A stretch of DNA of 64,000 nt from Bacteriovoracia bacterium. Its GTDB lineage: Bacteria; Bdellovibrionota; UBA1018; CAIPTA01. A program made the translations under genes and the position numbers. The notes beneath the pieces are model-generated. The model saw nothing but the letters and a program-made list of their open reading frames with translations. It was not told the origin of the DNA and made no database searches. The stretch is from NCBI GenBank assembly GCA_050246755.1, contig JBFWVL010000003.1, forward strand, positions 32,001-96,000, given 5' to 3'. Within the stretch, counting starts at the first letter, position 1. Each line of letters starts with the position of its first letter. This document shows positions 19,580 through 29,229 of the stretch, in pieces.

Positions 19580-20353
19580 TCACACGATCGGTTGGTAATG
19601 GCTTTGGATGGCCTGGTATGCAGTTTGGGCTATTGTATCCCGGTCCGAATCGGCGGCAACCGGGATTTCCGGGAGTACACTGAGCCGGATACGGATTCGG
19701 TTATAGCTTAGCAGCCTTAGCGAATGCGAGAAGAAGGGCATATCGCCGTACCAACAGAGGATCTGGTGGCTAGCGCGGGTCACTTTCCTCCCGTCGATCT
19801 TTTCGTACTGGATCACGATCGGCAGAACGGGCTTCCCACCAAGGATGGCCGCCGCGAAGAGCGGGCGTTTGAAGGGCAGGATTTTTGATCCGTCCGTGGA
19901 GGTGGCTTCGGGAAAAACGCCCACCGGAAAGCCTTGCTTCAAGGCATTTTCCACCTCTCCCACCTCGCCGCGAATATTAGAGCGGGATCTCCTCTCCACG
20001 AAGAAAGAGCCGGCGAGCTTGGTGAAAGTGCCGAGAAAAAAAGCATCGCGCATTTCCACCGAAGTCACGAAGGCCATGGGCGTGAGGGCGGAGAGCAGCA
20101 GGGGGTCAAGGTAGGAAAGGTGGTTGGCCACCACGAAATAATTCTCACCGGCGCGGATATTCTCCCTTCCCTCCACGGTAATTTTTATGCCCATCACCGC
20201 CAGCAAAACACGGCACATGCGGCTGAGGAAATGGAGTAGAAAAAGTTTTTGGTCGTGGGGATTACGAATCAGCAGCCGGCCCAAGGAGGCGAAGATCACG
20301 TAGATCACGAGGAGCGCCGCGAACACGAAGGTTTTCCAAATCCGGTGAATCAA
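19580..20353 (-). CDS. Lysophospholipid acyltransferase (PlsC/OlsA family)
   Basis: NHLSYLD, FVER, FPEATS. Confidence 0.9.
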   Translation of the reverse strand: MIHRIWKTFVFAALLVIYVIFASLGRLLIRNPHDQKLFLLHFLSRMCRVLLAVMGIKITVEGRENIRAGENYFVVANHLSYLDPLLLSALTPMAFVTSVEMRDAFFLGTFTKLAGSFFVERRSRSNIRGEVGEVENALKQGFPVGVFPEATSTDGSKILPFKRPLFAAAILGGKPVLPIVIQYEKIDGRKVTRASHQILCWYGDMPFFSHSLRLLSYNRIRIRLSVLPEIPVAADSDRDTIAQTAYQAIQSHYQPIV

Positions 20354-20856
20354 GGTTTTCCCCGTTTCAAGGAAAGGGTGAGAGTGAATTCCGCCACTTT
20401 CTCCTTAGGATTTTTGGCCAACACGGCGTAAGCCGGCACCGCAAGATTTTTACGGTCGGGGCTGGCGATGGCCTCGTCCACAACTTTGGCCACCATCTCG
20501 CCCGCTTCGCACACGAAGAGCACGTCTCCTTCGGGCCGTTTAATGAAGTTGGCGTGGAAATCCTTGAACGCAAACTGCACCTTCGCTTTGCGTTTCCGCA
20601 CGTGGTGCACGGCCAGGAGCCCCACCACGCAGTCGGCGCCCATCGCGAGCGTTCCGAAATACATCGATTTGAGGTGGTTGCGGGTCCAGCGGTTGAGCGC
20701 GATTTTTACTTCCACGCGTTCGTCGGTGATTTCGGTAACTGAAGGCCGCACCGAAAGCAGGAGCGGTACGTGCAGGAGGCCGAAGCCCCGGAGAAGAGCC
20801 GTGGCGCGAAAGGAGGCGGGTAGGTGAGATGCCAGTTTTGCGAAATCGGGAATCAT
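20350..20856 (-). CDS. DUF4442/PaaI-like hotdog-fold protein
   Basis: TRNHLKSMYFG..AD motif. Confidence 0.8.
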   Translation of the reverse strand: MIPDFAKLASHLPASFRATALLRGFGLLHVPLLLSVRPSVTEITDERVEVKIALNRWTRNHLKSMYFGTLAMGADCVVGLLAVHHVRKRKAKVQFAFKDFHANFIKRPEGDVLFVCEAGEMVAKVVDEAIASPDRKNLAVPAYAVLAKNPKEKVAEFTLTLSLKRGKP

Positions 20857-20874
20857 GGCAAGATTCTAGTGCGA

Positions 20875-21675
20875 ATGAACCTTCTGCTCAATTTTTTGTT
20901 GGGAATTGGCATCGGCTGCTACGGTACCTTGGTTGGGGCGGGCGGTGGATTTCTGCTCGTTCCACTTTTTCTCCTGCTCTACCAGTTTCCTCACCAAATG
21001 GCGGTAGGCACCTCATTGGCCATCGTGGCCTTCAATGCGTTCTCTGGCGCACTGGGTTACGTGAAGGACGGAAAAGTCGATTTCCGTGCGGGGATCACCT
21101 TTGCGGTAGCCACGGTTCCTGGCGCCATCGGTGGGGCCTATCTCACCGGTATGATGTCCGGGCCTTTATTTCTCCGCATCTTCGGAGTTTTTCTGATCTG
21201 TGTTTCGCTCTACTTATTTTTGCGTAAAGAGCGCAAGGAAGTGGTCGTGATTCACGGGAAGCGCGGCTGGGGTTGGATCACGAGAAAGACCCAAACGGCT
21301 CATGGCGAGGTGGAATACGAATACTTTGAGCCGCTCGGCTTAAGCATCAGCGTGGTAGTAGGGGCGGTTTCGAGCTGGCTCGGCATCGGCGGAGGAATCC
21401 TCCACGTGCCGGCGATGACGGAGGTTCTGCGTTTTCCGGTGCACGTGGCGGTGGCCACTTCGCATTTTGTGCTGGCATGGACGGCACTCGTGGGGGCAGT
21501 GATGCACGCGAGGGCCGGGCACTGGGATCCCACGGTGGCACTCTCGGTGGGGGCGGGCGCCGTGTTGGGAGCGCAGATCGGCGTGCGGTTTTCGCGCCAG
21601 GCGAAGGGCTCGGCTATTTTACGGTATCTTTCGCTGGCGTTATTACTGGTGGGACTGCGGCTGTTAGTTGGGTAG
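20875..21675 (+). CDS. TauE/SafE (TSUP) family transporter
   Basis: GAGGGFLLVP, AVGTSL, GIGGG..HVP, AVATS. Confidence 0.9.
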   Translation: MNLLLNFLLGIGIGCYGTLVGAGGGFLLVPLFLLLYQFPHQMAVGTSLAIVAFNAFSGALGYVKDGKVDFRAGITFAVATVPGAIGGAYLTGMMSGPLFLRIFGVFLICVSLYLFLRKERKEVVVIHGKRGWGWITRKTQTAHGEVEYEYFEPLGLSISVVVGAVSSWLGIGGGILHVPAMTEVLRFPVHVAVATSHFVLAWTALVGAVMHARAGHWDPTVALSVGAGAVLGAQIGVRFSRQAKGSAILRYLSLALLLVGLRLLVG

Positions 21676-21750
21676 GGGCTTACTTTCGCGGCGCCGCGAA
21701 AAGTATTCGAAAAACGAACGCGGCGTTACTTCAGCAGTGGAAGTAAAGAC

Positions 21751-22110
21751 CTAACGGAACTTCCATGCGCTCCACGCCAGCGAGAGCCAGCCTACGATAA
21801 ATAATAATCCGCCCATTGGCGTGATCGCACCGAGCCATTTGGTGCCAGTGAGGGCCAATAAGTAGAGGCTTCCCGAGAAAAAGAAAATTCCGAGCCCGAA
21901 TCCCCAATGCGAAACGGGAAGACGCGATTGAAACTGACGTTCGCAGATCCCTAGCAGCACGAGGGCCAGGGCATGGCTTAAATGGTAGGCGGCGGCGGTA
22001 TGCCAGATTTTGAGCCCGTATTCGTCGAGCACTTTCTCGAGACCGTGGGCACCGAACGCCCCCATCACCACCGCGAGAAAAGCCTGGAGGGCGCCATGCA
22101 CGATCGTCAT
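21751..22110 (-). CDS. DUF423 (YgdD/TMEM256) membrane protein
   Basis: GAFGAHGL, FSGSLY, ITPMGG. Confidence 0.9.
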   Translation of the reverse strand: MTIVHGALQAFLAVVMGAFGAHGLEKVLDEYGLKIWHTAAAYHLSHALALVLLGICERQFQSRLPVSHWGFGLGIFFFSGSLYLLALTGTKWLGAITPMGGLLFIVGWLSLAWSAWKFR

Positions 22111-23507
22111 TTGCCTTTCCCCTGTTTCTTCTCGGGAGTCGGAGCTGGCTTGCCGCCATTTTTGCGAAAGGCGTGGAAGAAGAAGCCGTCGCTGGGGCCG
22201 GGGCCGAAAAATCCGCCGCCGATGCTGGTGAAATCGGGGTTAGCCTGGAGGAATTTGTCCACCTGCGCCTGCGTTTCGTTCTTGCGGAAGGTGCATACGC
22301 CGTAGGTGAGCGTGCCACCCGGCTTCACGAGTTTCGAATAGGTAGAGAGTAAGCGGGCCTGGAGCTCTTCAAGACGAGGAAGCTCATCGGGCTTCTGGCG
22401 CCATTTTACATCGGGATTGCGGCGGAGCACGCCCCAGCCCGAGCAGGGGGCATCGACCAAAACCATATCGGCTTTTTCTTTGAACTTCGTGGCCACGGGC
22501 TCGCCGGAATCGTCTACCTTCGCGGTTTTAATATTGAAGAGATTGGCGCGGGTAGCCCGCTTGCGGAGCGCTTCGAGCTTTTTCTCGGACACGTCGTAGG
22601 CGTATACCGAGCCTTTACCGAGCAAAGCATCGGCGATGGCGAGGGTTTTTCCGCCCGCGCCCGCGCAAGCATCGATCGCCACGAAATTACCTTTGATCAC
22701 CGGCAATTCTTTATCGCGGGGCCATTCGCGGCAGGCGCCGGGAACTTTGCGCAGCATCGGAATAAAAATCTCCGGCCAGAGCGCGAACAAGCTCATGATC
22801 TGGGAGCCCTCATCCTGGATTTCGTAATTTCCTTTTTTGAAAAGCTCGTGGCCCATCACGGCCGTATAAACGGGATAGTAAAAGCCGAAGGGCGTGTGCG
22901 CGGAAGAGCGGGCGCGGATCGGCATTTCGCGGGAATCGTTCACGGCGGAGAGCACTTCGTCGCGTCCCTTGGAACGGGTGGCGCGGAGGCTGAGGGGCGC
23001 GCGGCGGCCTAGGGCATCCACGAGATCCTTCGTTACCTTATCGCCAAAGTCTTTACGCCATTCGTTGATGATCCATGGCGGATAATCTTCCACCACGGGA
23101 TGGCCTTCGTTGGCGAACTCGGGATCGCGGCTCCAGGTGAGGAATAGGCGATGCGCCATCGCGCGCACGGTGGGCCAATTGGCGAGGGCCTCACCTTCGA
23201 GGCCCCAGGGCTCGTCGTCGTTCAGTTGGAAGCGGAGGTATTTGCCGAGGGAGCGAGGCCGCTGCAGGAGCAAAGGGGTAAGTTCCGCGAGCGCGGATTT
23301 TTGCGAGGGCGGGCTTTTCGAAAGCGCCGAATCCAGGTGGATGGGAGAGGAAAAAATCAGCTCCCAGAGAATATCGAAAGCGTCCCGGAATAGCATCGGG
23401 CGTCCACGGTGAACTTCTCGGGAATTAGGAGTGCGGACATTACGAGCATGGCTACGGCCTGATTCGCGTGCAGGGGCTCGTTTTTGTGGGTTTTTCTTGG
23501 TTTTCAT
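22107..23507 (-). CDS. RsmB/NOP family RNA m5C methyltransferase
   Basis: IQDEGSQ, DACAGAGGK, DAPCSG, VCT. Confidence 0.88.
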   Translation of the reverse strand: MKTKKNPQKRAPARESGRSHARNVRTPNSREVHRGRPMLFRDAFDILWELIFSSPIHLDSALSKSPPSQKSALAELTPLLLQRPRSLGKYLRFQLNDDEPWGLEGEALANWPTVRAMAHRLFLTWSRDPEFANEGHPVVEDYPPWIINEWRKDFGDKVTKDLVDALGRRAPLSLRATRSKGRDEVLSAVNDSREMPIRARSSAHTPFGFYYPVYTAVMGHELFKKGNYEIQDEGSQIMSLFALWPEIFIPMLRKVPGACREWPRDKELPVIKGNFVAIDACAGAGGKTLAIADALLGKGSVYAYDVSEKKLEALRKRATRANLFNIKTAKVDDSGEPVATKFKEKADMVLVDAPCSGWGVLRRNPDVKWRQKPDELPRLEELQARLLSTYSKLVKPGGTLTYGVCTFRKNETQAQVDKFLQANPDFTSIGGGFFGPGPSDGFFFHAFRKNGGKPAPTPEKKQGKGK

Positions 23508-23582
23508 GGTGGTGCAACGCTTATATGCTGAAATGCAGCAAAACTCCTTAAAAAAGGGGCTTTGGGGAAGGATTCAGGAGGA

Positions 23583-24215
23583 CTAAGGGACTTCCTTCTC
23601 CACGAGCTCGAGTTCCTTCTTATGCGACCACCAGCTCTTGAGTACAATCACGGCCACGATCAGCAAAATGGTTCCAAGTACGCCGAACTGCACGCGCTTT
23701 ACCACGCGCACTACCTTGTCCACGTGGTTGCCAAAATAATAGGTGGCGTACACGATCGTGGGCACGCTCACGAGGGCGGCCAGGCCGTCGAAAAATAGAA
23801 ATACCCGGAAGGGGAGATGCAAGGTGCCGGCGCTGAAGAAGATCGGCGTGCGAAAGCCGGGCATGAAGCGAGCGGCGAAGATCACTTTGTTTCCTTGCTC
23901 GTGCAATTTGTGCCGCACGATTTTTAGCCGCTTGGGCGGAAGGAGCCTTCTCATGAAGGGGCGTTTCCGCAATTTCCTCCCGTATAGAGCGCCGATGGTG
24001 AAAACGGCGGAATCCCCGAGCATTACACCTACGAAACAAACCAAGATCATGAGACGTACGTCGGTGGCACCGTAGTAGCTCATCAGGCCAGCGGCAAAAA
24101 GGATGATGTCTTCGGGCATGGGTAGGCCGAAGCCGCAGGCCACGAGCAAAAAAAACACGATGAAGTAGGGCGTAGGGCCCGAATGAGTCATCAGTGTATT
24201 GAGCAAGGTTTGCAC
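23583..24215 (-). CDS. DedA family membrane protein
   Basis: GLPMPED, LGD, ARFMPGFR. Confidence 0.9.
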   Translation of the reverse strand: MQTLLNTLMTHSGPTPYFIVFFLLVACGFGLPMPEDIILFAAGLMSYYGATDVRLMILVCFVGVMLGDSAVFTIGALYGRKLRKRPFMRRLLPPKRLKIVRHKLHEQGNKVIFAARFMPGFRTPIFFSAGTLHLPFRVFLFFDGLAALVSVPTIVYATYYFGNHVDKVVRVVKRVQFGVLGTILLIVAVIVLKSWWSHKKELELVEKEVP

Positions 24216-24330
24216 GGCTTCAAAGAATACAAGAAATCCTGGGATGACATAGCGTATAAACGGTGAAAATCCCTTTGGATTTGGCCCAGTACCCGGGAGA
24301 ATAGGGGCTTCATTTCAAAAGGGAGAAAAA

Positions 24331-24753
24331 ATGGCCTCTACCAATAAAGAAATTCTCAAAACCTTGGACGATATTCTTGAAAGCGAAGTTTCGGGTATTG
24401 TGCGTTATCTACATTATTCTCTGATGATCAAAGGACCGAACCGTATCCCGATCGTAAAGTTTTTCCGTGACCAAGCAACCGAAGCGTTCGATCACGCCGC
24501 CGTGATCGGGGAAAAAATTACGGCTTTGGGCGGACACCCTTCCCTGAAAGTAAACCCCATCAAAGAATCCAATAAGCATGATGTGATGGATATTTTGCGG
24601 GAGAGCTTGGAGCACGAAAAGCAGGCCGTGGCGCTCTATAGTAAATTACTTACTCTCGCCGGCGACAACGTGGCCCTCGAAGAGCTTGCCCGCCAGATGG
24701 TGCGCCTCGAAGTGGAGCATATCGAAGAAGTGGAGAAGATGCTCACGCGATGA
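24331..24753 (+). CDS. Ferritin-like / short bacterioferritin
   Basis: E..Y, EAFDH, LGG.P, E, EVEH ferroxidase ligands. Confidence 0.85.
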   Translation: MASTNKEILKTLDDILESEVSGIVRYLHYSLMIKGPNRIPIVKFFRDQATEAFDHAAVIGEKITALGGHPSLKVNPIKESNKHDVMDILRESLEHEKQAVALYSKLLTLAGDNVALEELARQMVRLEVEHIEEVEKMLTR

Positions 24754-25667
24754 AGGATTCCTTCTTCGTTCGCATCTCCGTAAAAGGGCTGGGGCACGCT
24801 CCGCGGGAGGCCCTCTCCACCTTGGTTATCCGTTTGGCCGCAAGATTTTCTTTCCGCGGCCTTGAGGACTGGACCGTGGATCTCGCTTCCTCCACCAAAA
24901 TATTGGGGGCCGAGCGGGAGTTTCACGATTTGCAAGGCCGAGGCAAAACCAGCGATCAGCTAGTGGTATACTTCGGCACGAAGGCCGACGCGCTTTCCTT
25001 CGGAAATATTTTGCGGAACGCCTTCGCGGATCTCTCTGTCTCCAAACCCATGCGTCAGGCAAAACGCGATTGGATGAAGACCTGGCGCAAATACTATAAA
25101 CCAGTACGCTTGAAGGAGGTCGGCACCTCGCTCGTGATCACCCCGGCCTGGAAAGCGGCGCCCAAGGGCATGGCGAGCGTGAGGATTTATCCGGGGCAGG
25201 CCTTTGGTACCGGCACCCACCCCACCACGCGCTTGTGTTTGCGGCTGTATTTGAAGCATCGCTCGGCACCTAAGAAAATTTTAGATTTCGGCGCCGGCAC
25301 GGGGATTCTCGTGCTGGCGGCGCTAGCCTTGGATAAGGGGGTGCAGGCGCTCGCGGTGGAAAGCGACCCCGAGGCGCTGGATCAGGCCCGAAAAAACGCG
25401 CGGATCAATAAAGCGAAGCTAAGATTTGCCCTGAAAATGGGCGCGGGATCTTACGATTTGGTTTTCGCGAACGTGCTCGCGCCGGTTTTGGTGGCGCAGA
25501 AGAAAGCACTGGCACGTGCGGTGAAAAAGGGAGGGATAATTATTCTTTCGGGAATTCTCCGCGCGGAAGGAAAGAAGTTCCTGCGCGATTTCCGAACGCC
25601 CGATTTGAAGTTCGTGGAAGAGCTTGGTGAAGGCGACTGGGCGGCTTTTGCGATGCGGAAGGTATAA
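24750..25667 (+). CDS. prmA: Ribosomal protein L11 methyltransferase
   Basis: DWMKTWRKY, PGQAFGTGTHPTT, LDFGAGTGIL, ANVL, LSGIL. Confidence 0.88.
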   Translation: MKDSFFVRISVKGLGHAPREALSTLVIRLAARFSFRGLEDWTVDLASSTKILGAEREFHDLQGRGKTSDQLVVYFGTKADALSFGNILRNAFADLSVSKPMRQAKRDWMKTWRKYYKPVRLKEVGTSLVITPAWKAAPKGMASVRIYPGQAFGTGTHPTTRLCLRLYLKHRSAPKKILDFGAGTGILVLAALALDKGVQALAVESDPEALDQARKNARINKAKLRFALKMGAGSYDLVFANVLAPVLVAQKKALARAVKKGGIIILSGILRAEGKKFLRDFRTPDLKFVEELGEGDWAAFAMRKV

Positions 25668-25693
25668 AACCGTGGGGTTTTTCGTTAAATACC

Positions 25694-26620
25694 TTAACAG
25701 CCCTTGGTGCTAGCCGTCTTACGCTTGGCCTTCTGGGCCTTTTTCAGGCAATTGCTCATGCGCAAGATGCGGGTTACATAGGCGCGGTCGCGGTTATAAT
25801 GAAAGAGCGCGGCTTCGTGGGATTCTCGATCCTTCTTGGTCCAGCCGTTCGAAGACAAATAATTCGCCACGCTGAGAATGGAATCGTCGGCTTTGAATAG
25901 ATTCGGTTCGAGCTTCTTGCCTTTCGCCCAGGTGAGGTAGCTAGAGGGCAGGAACTGCGCCATGCCAAAAGCTCCGGAAAAGGAGCCCGAGAGTTTTGTT
26001 ACGTCTTTAAGGCCGCGGCGGTGCACCTCTTGGAGGGCCACGAGCTCGCTGACGGCCCAAGTCGATTTGGCGCGCGAGCGGTCGATTATTTTGGCCTCGA
26101 TCACGGGCGTGAATTCGGATGTTTTTTTCCGGGCCGAATCGAGCGTTTGGTCGAGAATGGTAGGGTAATCAGCTTCTACTAGGCTGAGGAACGCGCTGCC
26201 CACGTGGAAGGTGCCGAGGTCTTTGCCGTGCTTGGTTTCCACCCATAGGAGGGAGGCGATCACTTCTTTGGGAACAGGGTACTTTTTTTCCGCCCGCATA
26301 AATTCTTTGCGGTGGGCACGGATGAACTTTTCCACCCTTCCCAGTTCCCAGCCGGGAATTTTTTCGTCGCCGGTGGCCTTAGAAGAACGTAAGAATCCCA
26401 GGAGATTCAGGTCGAGCACTTTGGCGCGCTGGTCGTCGCGGTAATTATTGAAAAGTAGCTGAAGGAAATCTTCGTTGAGGCCGGCGGCGCGGAGTTTTTC
26501 GGAAGCGTATTCTCTCGGGCCGATCGAGCTGATCTGACGGTTCGAATGCACGGATCCACCCGAGCAGGCGCCGAAGGCGAGAACTAAGATAAGAAGGCTA
26601 AGGCGGGGGACACGCGGCAT
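25694..26620 (-). CDS. Lytic murein transglycosylase B-family lipoprotein
   Basis: Lipobox; VETKHG catalytic Glu, GSFSGAFGMAQFLPS, SVANYL, YN. Confidence 0.88.
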   Translation of the reverse strand: MPRVPRLSLLILVLAFGACSGGSVHSNRQISSIGPREYASEKLRAAGLNEDFLQLLFNNYRDDQRAKVLDLNLLGFLRSSKATGDEKIPGWELGRVEKFIRAHRKEFMRAEKKYPVPKEVIASLLWVETKHGKDLGTFHVGSAFLSLVEADYPTILDQTLDSARKKTSEFTPVIEAKIIDRSRAKSTWAVSELVALQEVHRRGLKDVTKLSGSFSGAFGMAQFLPSSYLTWAKGKKLEPNLFKADDSILSVANYLSSNGWTKKDRESHEAALFHYNRDRAYVTRILRMSNCLKKAQKAKRKTASTKGC

Positions 26621-26704
26621 GCTACGTCCTTGTGAAAGGCTGGAGAGGATTCATTCCCGTCCTAAGCAATATTTTGCCTTATTCGCGGCGGGAGGGGAAT
26701 ACCG

Positions 26705-27034
26705 CTACCATTTTTTAAACATCACGAAGGCCGCAGCCACTAATAGCCCGAAACCCAAGGCGTAATTCCAGCGGAATTCTTCCTTCAAGTATACCACCGA
26801 GAAGATGGCGAAAACGGCCAGGGAAATAACCTCCTGGATCGTTTTAAGCTGGGCAGCATTAAATTGTCCGTGACCAATGCGGTTAGCGGGCACCTGGAAA
26901 CAGTATTCGAAGAAGGCAATGCCCCAGGCCACGAAAATCACCACGATGAGCGGCGAAGATTTGAATTTGAGGTGGCCATACCAGGCGATCGTCATGAACA
27001 CATTGGAGACGGTAAGGAGCGCGATGGTCCACAT
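26705..27034 (-). CDS. DMT family (DUF486) small membrane protein
   Basis: SNVFMTIAWYGHL, FEYCFQVPANRIG, QLKTIQEVI. Confidence 0.9.
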   Translation of the reverse strand: MWTIALLTVSNVFMTIAWYGHLKFKSSPLIVVIFVAWGIAFFEYCFQVPANRIGHGQFNAAQLKTIQEVISLAVFAIFSVVYLKEEFRWNYALGFGLLVAAAFVMFKKW

Positions 27035-28216
27035 CTATCGACCCAGGGCATACTCGAGGTCGGTCCAGAGGTCTTCGATACTTTCTACGCCCACGGAGAT
27101 ACGGATGAGGCCGTCGTCGATACCGAGGGCTTTGCGATTTTCTGGCGGAACGGAGGCGTGGGTCATCACCGCCGGATGCTCGATCAGGCTTTCCACTCCG
27201 CCGAGCGATTCGGCGAGCGCGAAGATCTTGGTGCCTTCCACCACTTTGCGGGCTTTTTCCAGTCCGCCCTTCACCACGAAGGTGATCATGCCACCGAAGC
27301 CGCTCATCTGTTTGGCCGCCAGAGCATGCTGGGGATGAGATTTCAGCCCGGGATAAATCACTTTAGCCACCTCGGAATGTTCCGATAGCTTTTGCGCGAT
27401 GGTGCGGCCGTTGGAATCATGGCGCTGCATGCGCAGGGGAAGGGTTTTCAGGCCGCGCATCGCGAGCCAGGAATCCATCGGTCCCGCCACGCCGCCCAAA
27501 GATTTTTGCAGGAAATAAATTCTGTCGGCGAGGCCTTTGTCTTTCGCCACCGTTACTCCGCTGACCACGTCGGAGTGGCCGTTGAGGAATTTGGTGGCGG
27601 AGTGGAGCACGATATCGGCGCCGAAACGGAAGGGGCGCTGAAAAATCGGGCTCATGAACGTATTGTCCACCACCGTAAGAATTTTCTTCTTATTGGCGAA
27701 TCCGATCACTTGCTCGAGGTCGATCACCTTGAGCATCGGGTTGGTGGGCGTTTCGATCCAAACCATTTTTGTATTGGGGCGGAAGGCCGCTTCGTATGCG
27801 GCTTGGTTCGTCATGTCCACGTAGGTGAACTGGATGCCCTTGCCGCCGGCGGCGAAAACTTTATCGAACATGCGGAAGGTGCCGCCGTACACGTCGTCGG
27901 AAACCACCATGTGGTCGCCCGGCTCCAGCAAATGCACGATCGTGGTTTCGGCGGCGCAACCGGAGGCAAACGCCGCGCCAAAGCCGGCGCCGTCTTGTTC
28001 ACACTCGAGCGCGGCTACGCAGGCTTCAAAGGCCGAGCGGGTTGGGTTTTTCGTGCGGGCGTATTCGTAGCCGGCTCGTACGGGTTTGCCGAGACCATTC
28101 TGCACGTAGGTGGACGTCTGGTAGATCGGGGTCATGATGGCGCCGGTGGAGGGATCGGGAGTTTGGCCGGCGTGGATGGCTAGGGTATCGAGCGAGAGTT
28201 TGCGATCTACTTTCAT
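27035..28216 (-). CDS. Cystathionine gamma-lyase/synthase (Cys/Met PLP enzyme)
   Basis: YxRxxNPT, YGGT, ETPTNP, DNTF, HSATKFLNGHSD, AESLGG. Confidence 0.93.
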   Translation of the reverse strand: MKVDRKLSLDTLAIHAGQTPDPSTGAIMTPIYQTSTYVQNGLGKPVRAGYEYARTKNPTRSAFEACVAALECEQDGAGFGAAFASGCAAETTIVHLLEPGDHMVVSDDVYGGTFRMFDKVFAAGGKGIQFTYVDMTNQAAYEAAFRPNTKMVWIETPTNPMLKVIDLEQVIGFANKKKILTVVDNTFMSPIFQRPFRFGADIVLHSATKFLNGHSDVVSGVTVAKDKGLADRIYFLQKSLGGVAGPMDSWLAMRGLKTLPLRMQRHDSNGRTIAQKLSEHSEVAKVIYPGLKSHPQHALAAKQMSGFGGMITFVVKGGLEKARKVVEGTKIFALAESLGGVESLIEHPAVMTHASVPPENRKALGIDDGLIRISVGVESIEDLWTDLEYALGR

Positions 28217-29187
28217 ACGCTGATCCCCTTCTCTTTCAGCCAGGCGTCGTTGTAGAACTTGCCCAAATATTTCGAGCCGCTGTCGGGAAGGATCACGAGC
28301 ATTCTTCCGCCGTTGAGTTTTTTCGCCGCCTGAATGGCGCCCGCTACGGCCATGCCGCAGCTCGAACCGGCAAAAATTCCTTCTTGTTTGGCGAGGCGAT
28401 GAAGCATCGTGATGGCGTCCTGGTCATTCACCTGCTCGAACTCATCGATATAGTTAAAGCGCACGTTATCGGGAATGATGTCTTCGCCCACGCCCTCGAT
28501 GAGGTAGCTTTTTGCTTCCACGATTTTTCCGGTGCGCTTGAAATCGGTGAGAATAGAGCCGACGGGATCTACGCCGATGGTCACGAGCTTAGGATTTTTT
28601 TCTTTCAAAAATTTGGAGGTGCCGGAAACGGTACCGCCCGTGCCCACGCCGGCCACGTAGTAGTCGATTTTGCCTTCCATCTGTTCCCAGATTTCAGGGC
28701 CGGTTTTGGTGTAGTGGGCTTCGAAATTCGCGGGATTATTGTACTGGTTGCCTAAGAACGCGTTGGGAATTTCGTTGGCGAGGCGCTTAGCCACCGAATA
28801 GTAGGAGCGAGGATCTTCCGGACCTACTTCGGAAGGGCAAACTACCACTTCCACGCCCACGGCCCTCAAGGCATTCACTTTGTCTTGCGATTGCTTGGAG
28901 CTCATCACGCAAACACATTTATAGCCTTTCACTACCGCCACCATGGCGAGGCCCATACCGGTATTTCCGCTCGTGGCTTCCACGATGGTGCCACCCGGCT
29001 TCAACTGCCCGGATTTTTCGGCCGCTTCGATAATGAAGGGCGCGATACGGTCTTTGATCGATCCGCCTGGATTCGTGAACTCGAGCTTCGCGAATATTTC
29101 GGTTTTCAAACCCTTGGTGATGTTGTTGAGGCGAACGATGGGAGTGTCGCCGATGGCTTCCAGGACGTTATTACAGATCTTGCGCAT
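28213..29187 (-). CDS. Cystathionine beta-synthase / cysteine synthase family
   Basis: NPGGSIKDR, TSGNTG, GTGGT, IEGVG, PDSG; no CBS-domain tail. Confidence 0.9.
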   Translation of the reverse strand: MRKICNNVLEAIGDTPIVRLNNITKGLKTEIFAKLEFTNPGGSIKDRIAPFIIEAAEKSGQLKPGGTIVEATSGNTGMGLAMVAVVKGYKCVCVMSSKQSQDKVNALRAVGVEVVVCPSEVGPEDPRSYYSVAKRLANEIPNAFLGNQYNNPANFEAHYTKTGPEIWEQMEGKIDYYVAGVGTGGTVSGTSKFLKEKNPKLVTIGVDPVGSILTDFKRTGKIVEAKSYLIEGVGEDIIPDNVRFNYIDEFEQVNDQDAITMLHRLAKQEGIFAGSSCGMAVAGAIQAAKKLNGGRMLVILPDSGSKYLGKFYNDAWLKEKGISV

Positions 29188-29229
29188 GCGGGGGAGATTA
29201 CTGCGCCGCGGAGGAAAAGGGAACCCTAA

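Noticed and set aside
27392-28183. Long antisense or alternate-frame ORFs (also 183-827, 2693-3445, 42494-43174, 48554-49216, 62788-63672)
   Set aside because: They shadow well-supported genes in GC-rich DNA and show no motifs.
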